This document shows positions 8,683 through 19,100 of a stretch of DNA of 53,892 nucleotides, in pieces. The DNA is from Flavobacteriales bacterium (GTDB lineage Bacteria; Bacteroidota; Bacteroidia; Flavobacteriales_D; Sanyastnellaceae). Each line of letters opens with the position of its first letter. Position 1 is the stretch's first letter. The stretch lies in the NCBI GenBank assembly GCA_046303175.1, contig JBKCGW010000455.1:1-53892 (forward strand). The letters run 5' to 3'. The notes beneath the pieces are model-generated. The model was not told the origin of the DNA. It saw nothing but the letters and a program-made list of their open reading frames with translations, and made no database searches. Both the position numbers and the translations under genes were made by a program.

Positions 8683-9351
8683 TTGAAGCTTTTCGTGGTG
8701 CCAACTCCCATTGGCAACTTGGAGGATATCACGCTGCGTGCATTGCGCGTGTTGAAGGAGTGTGACCACATCTATGCTGAAGACACACGCGAAACCAGGA
8801 AGCTACTCGTTCATTTCGGCATCGATAAACCGATGAGTTCCTTTCACCTCAACAACGAGCATGCGGTGGTGGCCAAAACCGTAGAATATATTCAGTCCAT
8901 GCAGCAGGCTGTGCTGGTGAGCGATGCAGGAACACCCGCCATCAGCGATCCGGGTTATTTGCTCGTGCGTGAGTGCATCAAAGCAGGAATCGAGGTTGAG
9001 TGTTTACCCGGAGCGACCGCTTTTGTTCCTGCACTCGTTGTGAGCGGCATACCCTGCGAGGAGTTTCATTACATCGGATTTTTACCACACAAAAAAGGAA
9101 GAGAAACTCGCTTCAAGGCTATAGCTGCAAGTGAGGTTACAACGGTGCTTTACGAAAGCCCACACCGCTTGTTGAAGACGCTGGAGCAACTGGTTCAGTT
9201 TTGCGGAACGGAGCGACAGGTATCTATCAGCCGCGAAATCAGCAAGAAGTTTGAAGAAACCGTGCGCGGTACAACCACCGAGGTGTTGGAGCACTTTCGC
9301 GCCCATGAGCCGCGTGGAGAGTTTGTAGTGGTGGTGGCGGGGATGCAGTGA
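8683..9351 (+). CDS. rsmI: 16S rRNA (cytidine1402-2'-O)-methyltransferase
   Basis: KLFVVPTPIGNLEDITLRALRVLKECDHIYAEDTR is the typical RsmI N-terminus. I prefer the TTG start at 8683. The ATG at 8608 would add 25 unrelated residues and overlap the upstream gene. Confidence 0.85.
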   Translation: MKLFVVPTPIGNLEDITLRALRVLKECDHIYAEDTRETRKLLVHFGIDKPMSSFHLNNEHAVVAKTVEYIQSMQQAVLVSDAGTPAISDPGYLLVRECIKAGIEVECLPGATAFVPALVVSGIPCEEFHYIGFLPHKKGRETRFKAIAASEVTTVLYESPHRLLKTLEQLVQFCGTERQVSISREISKKFEETVRGTTTEVLEHFRAHEPRGEFVVVVAGMQ

Positions 9352-9357
9352 AATTCC

Positions 9358-10719
9358 TCACCCAAAAATCCGACTGAATAAATCGCCCACCTTTTCTACT
9401 TGAATCACCTTGATTTTTTTGGAAAATCCTTCCAGTCCTTTGTTGTATTTCGATACGTAGATTTCTTCGAAGCCTAGTTTGGTGGCCTCCTGAATACGCG
9501 AGTCGATGCGAGTTACGGGACGTATTTCCCCACTCAATCCTACTTCACCGGCAAAGCATGTGAGTTTGGGAATGGCAATTTCGGCATTGCTCGAAAGGAT
9601 GGCGGTAATGACAGCTAGATCCATCGCAGGGTCTTCCAATCGCATGCCTCCTGCTATGTTGAGGAACACGTCTTTCATAGCCAGACGGAATCCGCATTTC
9701 TTTTCTAGTACGGCCAGCAGCATGTTCAGTCGTCGCACATCGAATCCGGTGGTGCTGCGTTGCGGTGTGCCATATACTGCTGTGCTTACGAGCGCTTGTA
9801 TTTCTACCAACAACGGTCGTGCGCCTTCGAGTGTGGCTGCAATGGCAGAGCCTGTTAGGTCTTCGGTTTGAGAGTGGATGAGTATTTCGGAAGGGTTCGC
9901 TACCTCGCGCAGACCGGCTCCTTGCATTTCGTAGATACCCAGCTCGTTGGTACTTCCGAAGCGATTCTTGGTGGTGCGCATGAGGCGGTAGATGTGGTGC
10001 CTGTCGCCTTCAAATTGCAGCACGGTATCTACCATATGTTCCAGCACCTTCGGACCCGCAAGCGTTCCTTCTTTGGTAATGTGCCCAATGAGAAATACCA
10101 CCGTATTGGTTTCTTTCGAAAACTTCATCATGCGTGTGGCACATTCGCGCACTTGCGAAACGCTTCCCGGGGAGCTCTCGATGTTTTGCGATGACAGTGT
10201 TTGGATGGAATCGATGATGAGTACGTCGGGTTTTATTTCTTGCGCATGCATGAGAATATTCTCAACCGATGTTTCCATAAGCACCAGGCAACGCGGATTC
10301 TCCAATCCCAGTCGTTCGGCCCTCATGCGTATTTGTTCTTCGCTTTCTTCACCGCTCACGTAGAGTACGGAAAGGTTGAGTTGCTTGAGTGCAAGCTGCA
10401 GCATGAGCGTGCTTTTGCCAATACCCGGTTCGCCGCCAAACAGGATAAGGCTACCCGGCACAAGACCTCCGCCCAGTACCCGGTTCAGTTCCTGATCGAC
10501 AATTGGAAAACGCGGAAGCTGCGCGGATTGAAGGTCGTTGATGGGTCGTGGTTTGCTGATTTTTTGCGCAGTGCGCAAACCGGGTGCAGCAGGCTCTTGC
10601 TTTTGCACAACTTCCTCCACATAGGTATTCCATTCGCCGCAAGCAGGACATTTCCCCAACCATTTGGGGGATTGATTGCCGCAGGTTTGGCAGAAAAAGG
10701 CAGTTTTTACTTTACTCAT
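9358..10719 (-). CDS. radA: DNA repair protein RadA/Sms
   Basis: 453 aa. It has an N-terminal zinc ribbon (CQTCGNQSPKWLGKCPACGEWNT), Walker A (GGEPGIGKST), the KNRFG motif, and a Lon-like C-terminal domain. Confidence 0.95.
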   Translation of the reverse strand: MSKVKTAFFCQTCGNQSPKWLGKCPACGEWNTYVEEVVQKQEPAAPGLRTAQKISKPRPINDLQSAQLPRFPIVDQELNRVLGGGLVPGSLILFGGEPGIGKSTLMLQLALKQLNLSVLYVSGEESEEQIRMRAERLGLENPRCLVLMETSVENILMHAQEIKPDVLIIDSIQTLSSQNIESSPGSVSQVRECATRMMKFSKETNTVVFLIGHITKEGTLAGPKVLEHMVDTVLQFEGDRHHIYRLMRTTKNRFGSTNELGIYEMQGAGLREVANPSEILIHSQTEDLTGSAIAATLEGARPLLVEIQALVSTAVYGTPQRSTTGFDVRRLNMLLAVLEKKCGFRLAMKDVFLNIAGGMRLEDPAMDLAVITAILSSNAEIAIPKLTCFAGEVGLSGEIRPVTRIDSRIQEATKLGFEEIYVSKYNKGLEGFSKKIKVIQVEKVGDLFSRIFG

Positions 10720-10735
10720 CGCAGCGAAGGTAGAA

Positions 10736-10770
10736 AAAGAAAAAGGCTGCGATTGCGCGCAGCCTTTTTT
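10736..10770 (-). terminator. rho-independent terminator (bidirectional shape)
   Basis: Hairpin ggctgcg-attgcg-cgcagcc at 10745-10764, flanked by an A-run on one side and a T-run on the other. On the minus strand it follows the adhesin stop at 10789. Confidence 0.7.
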
Positions 10771-10788
10771 ATAGGATTAAGGAATAAC

Positions 10789-13700
10789 TTATCTCAAAAT
10801 TTGTACGTTCCCTTTGTATTCGGTTTTGATACCATAGGGAAGTTTGAGGATGTACCAATAGGTTCCTTCGCTGAGGTCATTTGCACGCCAGTCGTTGCGG
10901 TAGTTGGTGCTTTCATACACCTTGTCGCCCCAGCGATTGAAAATTGTCAACTCAGCACCGTTGTATTTTTCAAGTCCGCCGATTTCGAAGGTATCGTTTC
11001 CTTGAGCGCCGTTTGGAGTAAACACGTTTGGAATAAGTACTTCGCATGCGTTGGATTGTATTTGCCATGATGCTTGCGCAGTGCCGCAGCCATTGGTAAT
11101 GTTGGCGGTGAGAACTACCACTTCTCCAAGGCAGCTCTGTGGAACATTGTCGGCACAGTAGTCGAGCGCTGCGCCTGAAGTGTTGATGGAGAAACCGGTG
11201 CAGCTGGTTGTCCAGGTCACTGACGCGTCTTCGGCATCCGAAATCACCTCCAGGTTTTTACACTCGCGTGGACACAAGGCTAACAAATCGCTGCTACCCG
11301 AAGTGGTATTGGGGGCTGCTGAAATATTTACGTTAATGCACGCAGTAGAAGCAGAATTACAACCAAAGTTATCAGTTACGGTATAGCAGTATTCACCGTC
11401 CTGATCGGCCACAACGGTTGCGTTTTGTGAGTCCACCGGACCTTGCCATGAAGCACTGTAGTTCGTTGCATCAGCATATTGTACAGTGAGGGTTACTTGA
11501 TCGTCGTCGCACTCCAAAATAGAAGCAGCAGGTGCAGATGTGATAGTAGCTGCCACAACTCCGCTCACGTTTGCTGAAACCGGATTAGACTCGTCGCAAT
11601 CATTGGAAACGATTACAGTGTAAACACCGGGTGTAGTTACGTTCAGCGTAGATCCGGAATTGTTGCCTGGGTTCCAGTCGTATTGTAATTCCGGATTATC
11701 AAGGTTAGCGGGAATTGGATCGAGTGTAACGCTACCATTTTGACAAAGTGGCAAGTCTTGCAATGACGGCTCAGGCACATCGGGCTGGTAGGATACATTG
11801 AAAGAGTCACTGTAGGTGCCGCATGCATTCGTAATGCTGGCGGTTACGCTTGCATTGGTGTAATTGGTGTAAGGTCCCATTACAGCCGAAAGTCCGTCGG
11901 CTGAAGGAGTAACACCCGGGCCGTTCCATGAAATGGTGCCGTTGCCCGAAGGGTCATTGACCACAACCGATTGCTCGGCTGTTTCCGCGTCACACAAAGC
12001 TACCGGAAGACCCGGAGTAATGTTAATGCTGGGTGCTTGTGCATATTCGATGTTGTAGCAATAGTCGAAGGCACAGTTGGCATTGCTAAAGCATAGTTCG
12101 TATACACCGTATTGTGTGGGTGTCCAAACAGTAGTCATTTGCGAAGGATCGGAGAATGCCCATCCACCGGGACCATCTACGCTCCAGGTTCCTTCCAAAT
12201 CGGTAGCAAAGCAAGAAGAAGCACCCGACCACACAAGACCTGTGGTGAGCGGTGCAGGAATGATGGTTGGAGAACTTTGTCCGCAATTGATTACCCACAA
12301 CGAGTTGCCTTGGAAGTTGTTTCCGTTGGCGAAATATTCAATAGACACGCTATCGCCCGCGCCAATCATAATGTCATCGTAAAGTGTAAGAGCGCCGAAC
12401 GAGGTGAGGAAGTACTCTTCAACCGGGCCGCCATCTGCAGGGTAAACGTAGATGTTGATGAACGAACCTTGCCAACCGTTTTGGTTAGTGCTCAACGCAT
12501 AGATCACGAGGTTATCTTCCGGAGGAACAGAGTATCCGCAGAAGTCGAGTTCTTGTAAGCCATCGCATCGAATGCCGTTGTTATCATCGTTAGTTGGGCA
12601 TGGAGTTGAAGGCGAGGTAGTAACCAACTTGATATTGAATCCTTGACAACCCGCATCATCGGTTACCAAGATTTCATAGTTACCATTTACGTTACCTGTA
12701 ACCTGAGCACACGCCTCATCGAGGGGAGAACCCGGCACGAATTCACCATCATAGCCCGGTGAAATTTGCCATTGGTAGCTGGCGTAGTCTCCCAATACAC
12801 AGATAACGGTGTCGATACCCGGACAAATTTCAATAGGAATATTTCCACCTTCGAGTTGCGGAATGAAGTAGGGTGTAACATCAATAAAGGCAGTGGCTAC
12901 TGAAGAGCAGAATCCGAAGCTTCCCACAACGGTGATATTACCCGGCTGTGAAACATCAGCAGAAGTTCCTGATGCGCCGTTGCTCCAGCTGTATGAATCA
13001 AATCCATCCGTTGCTGTGAGCGTTGTAACCTGACCTGCGCATATGTTCAGTACACCGGTAATTTCGATAGGCGGAGCTTCCACATCTTCTACCAAAAACG
13101 TGTAGGTAACTGTGGTTGATGCCGCGGGACTTCCGTTATCGGTTGCAGTGATGGTTACCGTGTTGGAACCGATGTTTGAAGCCGATGCTGTAAATGTTGC
13201 GTTGTTGAGCACTGCTGCGTTTCCTGTTGTAGAGGTTGCAGAGAAACCTGTTGAGCTTTGAGTGAATGCGATGGAGGTCGACTGATTCGATTCGGGGCTT
13301 GTAAAGGCCAAGTTGAAATCGAACGATTCACCTACGCACATGGTGATGGTATCGCACGCTTCACCAACTACCACGGGAGGTTGGTTGGCAACGAAGTTAG
13401 TCACACCTGTATTGAACTCAATTACACGCCCATCCAGCCAATCAACGCCATCTTGGTTGTTGGGTTGCACGCCATAAGGGCCATCCCATGCGGTTGAGTT
13501 GCACAAATTGAAACGACCGAATGCATAGTGCTGTGTGCCTGAAGATCTGTCTGCTCCTACTACAGCGAAGTTATTGTTGGCTTGACATCCGCCGGTTGCA
13601 CCGCTAATTTGACTATTCACCCATTGCATGTCGAGGTAAACGAACTGCACGTTATTGCCACCGCCAATGACATTGCTGCCATCTGGTGTAATAATCATCT

Positions 13701-14400
13701 GGAAGGAATTCGTTTTGTCGGAGAAGTTCGGCCAGTAACCTACGTCGATGTAGTTGATGTAAAGGGCTTCCGGGGTAAGGTTATAGTAGATTTCACCACT
13801 CGCCCCAAAATCGAAGTCGGTCCAGAAACCTGCAATGTGGTTGTATTGTTGATTGGTCTCGGTGCCCAGTGGGTCCGGAAACGCCGAAGGTGTAAAGTCG
13901 ATGTAGCCGGTGTTACCGAGTACAATAGTTCCTTTGGTAGTGATTACAATCTGGTTGTAGTTCGTTCCGAAGAAGTTGAAGTTCCAGCCCAGGTTTATAG
14001 GAGCACTGAAGTTATCGGTGCTGTTACCGGGACTTCCCGGCCATTGAATCGGGTTTGGGTGTGTGTACTCGCTCGTAGGTTCAATCCAATAGCAGTTCGA
14101 TTCGCCTGAGGTTTGGCTGGTTCGCATCTGCTTGCGTGCTTGCTGGCTTTCGCGTTTCCATTCTGTTTTCAGTTGGGCAACACGATCGGCGTTGAAGCGA
14201 GGGTCTTTGGTGAAGCGGACCCAATCTTGCTTCGACATTTTTTGAAGGAATGGTTTACTATACAACTCTTCCTCCGTCATCTTCGGAGAGTAACGTGCAT
14301 TGAATGGAGCCGTGTAGTAGTGCTCTTGTGTGCGCTCTTGAGCAACGCTGGTGGCACACATCATCCAAGTGAACAGACCAAAAAGTAAAAATTTCTTCAT
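10789..14400 (-). CDS. large T9SS type B sorting domain adhesin-like protein
   Basis: Start at MKKFLLFGLFTWMMCATSVAQ. The body is about 1200 aa of Ig-like/Cys-containing repeats. The C-terminus VFTPNGAQGNDTFEIGGLEKYNGAELTIFNRWGDKVYESTNYRNDWRANDLSEGTYWYILKL is a type B CTD. Confidence 0.85.
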   Translation of the reverse strand: MKKFLLFGLFTWMMCATSVAQERTQEHYYTAPFNARYSPKMTEEELYSKPFLQKMSKQDWVRFTKDPRFNADRVAQLKTEWKRESQQARKQMRTSQTSGESNCYWIEPTSEYTHPNPIQWPGSPGNSTDNFSAPINLGWNFNFFGTNYNQIVITTKGTIVLGNTGYIDFTPSAFPDPLGTETNQQYNHIAGFWTDFDFGASGEIYYNLTPEALYINYIDVGYWPNFSDKTNSFQMIITPDGSNVIGGGNNVQFVYLDMQWVNSQISGATGGCQANNNFAVVGADRSSGTQHYAFGRFNLCNSTAWDGPYGVQPNNQDGVDWLDGRVIEFNTGVTNFVANQPPVVVGEACDTITMCVGESFDFNLAFTSPESNQSTSIAFTQSSTGFSATSTTGNAAVLNNATFTASASNIGSNTVTITATDNGSPAASTTVTYTFLVEDVEAPPIEITGVLNICAGQVTTLTATDGFDSYSWSNGASGTSADVSQPGNITVVGSFGFCSSVATAFIDVTPYFIPQLEGGNIPIEICPGIDTVICVLGDYASYQWQISPGYDGEFVPGSPLDEACAQVTGNVNGNYEILVTDDAGCQGFNIKLVTTSPSTPCPTNDDNNGIRCDGLQELDFCGYSVPPEDNLVIYALSTNQNGWQGSFINIYVYPADGGPVEEYFLTSFGALTLYDDIMIGAGDSVSIEYFANGNNFQGNSLWVINCGQSSPTIIPAPLTTGLVWSGASSCFATDLEGTWSVDGPGGWAFSDPSQMTTVWTPTQYGVYELCFSNANCAFDYCYNIEYAQAPSINITPGLPVALCDAETAEQSVVVNDPSGNGTISWNGPGVTPSADGLSAVMGPYTNYTNASVTASITNACGTYSDSFNVSYQPDVPEPSLQDLPLCQNGSVTLDPIPANLDNPELQYDWNPGNNSGSTLNVTTPGVYTVIVSNDCDESNPVSANVSGVVAATITSAPAASILECDDDQVTLTVQYADATNYSASWQGPVDSQNATVVADQDGEYCYTVTDNFGCNSASTACINVNISAAPNTTSGSSDLLALCPRECKNLEVISDAEDASVTWTTSCTGFSINTSGAALDYCADNVPQSCLGEVVVLTANITNGCGTAQASWQIQSNACEVLIPNVFTPNGAQGNDTFEIGGLEKYNGAELTIFNRWGDKVYESTNYRNDWRANDLSEGTYWYILKLPYGIKTEYKGNVQILR

Positions 14401-14450
14401 AAGTTGGATTGGTAAGAACAAAGTGTTTTGCGGTCATTTACCGCGAGTTG

Positions 14451-14458
14451 CAAATATA
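14451..14458 (-). promoter_or_regulatory. candidate Bacteroidota -7 promoter box (TATATTTG)
   Basis: Exact TAnnTTTG match on the minus strand, 51 nt upstream of the adhesin ATG at 14400. Confidence 0.4.
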
Positions 14459-14467
14459 ATCGGTACA

Positions 14468-15490
14468 TTATCGCTGCAGGTAAATGTAGCCTCTCTTTTC
14501 CACTGCCTTTTGTCGAAGATCGAGACCTGTAATTTGATAGAGATAATTACCTGAAGGTAGTTTTTCGTTTGTTTCACTTGAGCCATCCCAGGCAATCCCT
14601 CGAAATACCCGGTTTCCGCCTTGGTCAAAAATCTGTAGTTCGGTCAGCTCGATAAATCGGGCACTTTCCATTGGATCGAACCGGTCGTTTTTGCCGTCGC
14701 CATTCGGGGTGAAGATGGTTGGAATTATCAGCACAGGAGTTGGGAAGCACTCAATGCGCTTTTCAACCAACTCATTTTTCCCATTAGCATTCACCGTAAG
14801 TGTTACGCGGTAAGCGCCGGGTTCGTCGAATGAATGCTGAGGGCTCATTTCGGTGGATGATTCTCCATCACCGAAGTTCCATGAATAGCTCGAGGCGTTG
14901 GTCACCGATGGGATGAAGAAATACAGCAGCGGTTGCGAAGTAGCTTCGATGGAACTGAAGGTGGGTCTTTCAACAGCTGTTTCGGGAGTTTCTGCTAATT
15001 GGGCATCGACGATCGGGCTGGCTTGCTGTGTAGGCGTCTTTGGCTGGTTCTGTTGAGTTTCGGGCAAATCGGTTTTTCCTTCAAGCAGAGGGTTCATGGT
15101 GTTCCGAATCTCTGAAGTGGTTGTAGTCTCTTCTGATTCGAGAACGAGCGTATTCGAAGTTGTTGATTCGGGTTCAGCAATTACCTGAGTTTTCTGCTTT
15201 GACGCGATTGTATCGGCGTTCGCTACTGAGTACGCAGTATCCGCAGTGTATGGCGCAACATCGGCCGATGGGTTGCTCTCGGGCTGATTCTGAACCGATA
15301 GCCAAATGAAGGCAGCAACGAGTGCAGCAACAGAACTTCCAATCACAAGCAGAGACTTGCCGGCAAACCACGATGTGGAGGTTGGAGCGCTTGCTATCTG
15401 ACCCGAAACATGTTTCCACACATGCTCAGGGGGAACACTGGAGTGTTCCTTCAGCTTCGATTGCAGAATATGTTTTAGTTGCTCATCCAT
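14468..15490 (-). CDS. anti-sigma-factor-like membrane protein with PKD domain and T9SS type B sorting domain
   Basis: 340 aa. The ATG overlaps the sigma factor stop by 8 nt (ATGGATGA). The short N-terminal cytoplasmic segment (...PPEHVWKHVSGQI) is followed by one TM helix (LLVIGSSVAALVAAFIWLSV) and a ~110 aa Thr/Ser/Pro/Glu/Gln-rich linker. Then come a PKD-like segment (YSWNFGDGESSTEMSPQHSFDEPGAYRVTLTV) and a type B CTD (IFTPNGDGKNDRFDP...LPSGNYLYQITG). Confidence 0.7.
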   Translation of the reverse strand: MDEQLKHILQSKLKEHSSVPPEHVWKHVSGQIASAPTSTSWFAGKSLLVIGSSVAALVAAFIWLSVQNQPESNPSADVAPYTADTAYSVANADTIASKQKTQVIAEPESTTSNTLVLESEETTTTSEIRNTMNPLLEGKTDLPETQQNQPKTPTQQASPIVDAQLAETPETAVERPTFSSIEATSQPLLYFFIPSVTNASSYSWNFGDGESSTEMSPQHSFDEPGAYRVTLTVNANGKNELVEKRIECFPTPVLIIPTIFTPNGDGKNDRFDPMESARFIELTELQIFDQGGNRVFRGIAWDGSSETNEKLPSGNYLYQITGLDLRQKAVEKRGYIYLQR

Positions 15491-16031
15491 TCGCTGTATG
15501 GTCGTCGGGCAATCCGTTTATGCGGGATTTTAGCCATCCCTTGGCTTTGTGGTATTGTGTTTTGGAAGTACTTTCGCTGATGTCTAGCATCGAGGCTATT
15601 TCCTGATGTGCATAGCCCTCAATTGCGAAAAGGTTGAACACGGTTCTGTATCCCTCGGGCATTCGCTGAATGAGTTGAACCAAATCGTCTTCATTCATTT
15701 TGCCCAATACATCCATCTCCGCACTCGACAAGTCCACCATTGAATCGGCAGGAATATGGGTCACTTTGCCGGCTTTGCTTTTCAGCATGTTCAGCGAAGT
15801 ATTGACCATTATCCTGCGAATCCACGCTCCCAATGGACCATCACCTTTCCAGGAATCGAGGTACCGAAAAACGCGGATAAACCCTTCTTGTAGGGCATCC
15901 TGCGCATCTTCGTCGCGAGCGAAATACCTTCGACAAACAGCATACATAACTCCCGAAAAACGCTTCCAAAGAAGTTGCTGAGCCGATTGATCCCCTTTCA
16001 AACAGCGTTCTGCCAGTTCACGGTCGGTCAT
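15483..16031 (-). CDS. RNA polymerase ECF-type sigma-70 family factor
   Basis: 182 aa. Region 2 (DAQDALQEGFIRVFRYLDSW) and region 4 HTH (EGYRTVFNLFAIEGYAHQEIASMLDISESTSKTQYHKAKGWL) are both present. Confidence 0.9.
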   Translation of the reverse strand: MTDRELAERCLKGDQSAQQLLWKRFSGVMYAVCRRYFARDEDAQDALQEGFIRVFRYLDSWKGDGPLGAWIRRIMVNTSLNMLKSKAGKVTHIPADSMVDLSSAEMDVLGKMNEDDLVQLIQRMPEGYRTVFNLFAIEGYAHQEIASMLDISESTSKTQYHKAKGWLKSRINGLPDDHTANG

Positions 16032-16105
16032 AGCACTCTTCGTGGTGGGTATGATAAGGGATGGTTGAAGAAAGTTGCCTGAGGGATCAAAAAAAGTGAA
16101 AGGTG

Positions 16106-19100
16106 TTATCGAACGATGAACACGTTGCCCTCGAAGCTTTTGGTCTTCCCGGTCTCGAGGTCATCTACGTCAATTTTCCAGAGGTAGTAACCATCTTGAA
16201 TGTAGTAGGTGCCACCATCGTATCCGCCGGTCCACGCCTTGCCAACTTCTTCCGTGTAAAACACCACATCACCCCATCGATTGAAAACCCAGAAGCGGTA
16301 GCTGCCTTCGAGTTCTCCATTCACAACGGGCATGAATACATCATTGAGACCATCTCCGTCGGGAGTGAACGTATTGGGCACAAATACCTGCAACACATTC
16401 TCAACGAATACATCCTGGCAAAGGGTGTCCAAACATCCATACTCATTGCCTGCGGTCAAACAAACCAGATAAGGTTCGGTCGATTCAATATCCGGGAAAG
16501 TCCAGGTTGGATTGGGGAGAGCGCTTTCACCGGCATTGTAGAAGTTCCAGTAAATGGTATCGGCACCTGCCGTTAAATTCTGGAACTGAACCTCGCGATT
16601 CAAAATATCGACGGGTTGTGGATCCCAGGTGAAATCGACTTCCGGATAAGGTCGAATCGTAATGGGTGTTGAAAGTGTATCGGATGCTGTGCAGCCAAAC
16701 TCGGAAGTAATTGTGATGGAGGGGAAGTACGTTCCCGGAGCTGTATAGACTACTGAAGTGTCTCCGCAATAAATCAATTGAGTACCATTGCCGAGTGACC
16801 ATATGCAGGTGCTCAAATCGTTGTAGTTGGTATCAAGAAGAGTGTAGTAGAAACCAATGGTGTCGGGGAAGCAATTGCCTCCCTCGTCGGCATCCATGAT
16901 AGGCTCGGGGGTGTCATGCACCGTAACCCAAAGTGTATCTGAAATGCTGGTAAGCGGACAGTTTTCATCCGTAACTCGAATTTCGAAAATCTCGCTAAAC
17001 AGGAAGCACTCTGTAATAGTGTCTTGTGATGCGATAAGAGTGGGTGTTAAGTCGACCACATCATTTAGCTCATACCACTCAATAAGTAGGTTTCCTGTAC
17101 CGCCTGTTGCCAATGCTGTTAATTCTTCGCAGTTGTATTGACACGTATGCAGGGTGTCAAGACCATTTTGCACAAATAAAGCGACATTGGATGAAATGGT
17201 TCCAACCGCTGTAATGGTGTCGGAAGAACAACCTATTGCATCAAGAGCGTAGAAGAATAGGGTTGTGTCTTGAGAAAGTAAAACAGTAAGCACTTGGTTT
17301 GCGCTTTCGTTCGTTGTTCCTACGAGGCATGTGCTGAGGTCTTCACAGCCGTACCAGTAGGTAGTGAAATTGCCTGCGCCCCCGCTAGCCTCCGCATCGA
17401 ATGTAATAGGGTAATTGGGACAACCCAGGATAGCCGGTGGATTGGCTGCAATGAATATTTCAGGAGAGTCTGGATCAATCGTGAAAGAGGTATCTGCCGA
17501 GCAAACCTGACCGCTGTTAAGGAGAATGTTGATCGTTAAATCGTAGGTGCCAATACCCAAGTTGGAGAAAACGAAAGGAGCATTTTCAGCAATGGAAACA
17601 ACGGTTCCGTTTTCGCTCAGGATGTATTGGGTTGCATCCGGATTATTCCCTTCTACCACACCTTCCGTTTCATTGAAGCAGAAAGGGTATGGTTGATCAG
17701 TATCGGCAATTACGTATTCCTGTTCGCGCACATTGATGGTGAAATCGGCTGAAGCTTCGCATCCTTGCGCATCAACCACCAACAGAGTGTGATTTTCCGG
17801 GTCGTCGAAGCAAATAGGATCAATGGCACTATTGCCATCGATGGTTGCCGTAAATGCATTGTTGAAGGCACCCAGAACATCGAAGTTAATATCCTGCGAT
17901 GTTTCGTTGATACAAAGTCCATTGCACATATCAGGCGGATAGACCAAGTTGATGATTTCAACGGGATCATTTACTTCAATCGCAATGGTTTCCTCGGTGC
18001 TACAGGAAATCGAACCGAAATCTTCAGAAGCGGTTACTTCAAAAACTTCGCTGGCTGCTGGATCAACATCTACAACCGCATTGTTGGTTGCACTTGTGAA
18101 AGATGATGAAGCTGTCCAAGTGTAGGTGTAAGTGCCTCCTGCAGTCGGAACAGCGGTAAGCGTTGCAACATTGTTAGGTGCATCGAAACACAGTATATCA
18201 TCTGAAGCCGTTACGTTGATGCTTGGGTTTGGATGAATCGTTACAATTACTTCATCGCTGTTGGAGCAAACACCATCGGTAACTGAAAGTGTATAAGTGT
18301 AGGGGCTGTTGAGTGAGTTGTTGATTGTGAGAGAAGGTTGGGCTTCGTCTGACTGGCCTGCTGCAATCCCGGCCGAGGGTGTCCACGCATAGGTAACACC
18401 ATTCACGGCAGGTGTTCCAAGCTGAACCGGCAATCCTGAGCACTGCGCAACGTCGGAACCGGCATCTGCCGTGGGCACGGGCAACTCGATGGCCTCAAAA
18501 ATGTCGGGGGTGTTGTTGACACAACCGTGCGTATCGGTTATACTAACCAGGGTATAGGTGCCCGGTGCGTCAATGGAAATTTCGTTGTTGCTGATTGTCG
18601 GTGGATTAGCAGGGTCGGGGCCTGTGAGTGCGACCGTAAATGGTCCATCACCGGTTGTGCTAAAGCTCGCATTAATTGCAGGCTCATTGGGACAGTAGCT
18701 TTCGCTGTTGCTGAGCCATGAAGCAGAAACCGCAGGAAAAACACTGAGGGTGGATGTTTCATTGACGTTGGCTACACAGCCGAAATTGTCTGTTACCTGA
18801 AGAATCTGATAGTCTCCGGGAACGTCGGTGCAATACTGATCATTCAGAAGCAGGTTGGCAACCGTTTCGTTCGCCGCAACATTCGGTACGTTCACCACCA
18901 TCGAAAACGGTTCTTCTCCCGTGAATTGAACGTCGAAGCAATGCGTCAGCCCACCGCAAACAGTGGCGTCGGTGCTGATGGTTACTGCGGGTAACGGGTG
19001 TATCACAACATCAACAGAACCTGATGCGGTACCTAAGCAGTTTTGAGCGCTGTTGGTGAGCGACTCAACAGCAAATGTTCCGCTTTGTGTAGCATTGAAG

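Noticed and set aside
10201-11070. 289 aa + strand ORF spanning the radA start and the adhesin 3' end
   Set aside because: It is antisense to two strongly supported genes and crosses their intergenic terminator. The translation has no recognisable motifs. It is a typical shadow ORF.
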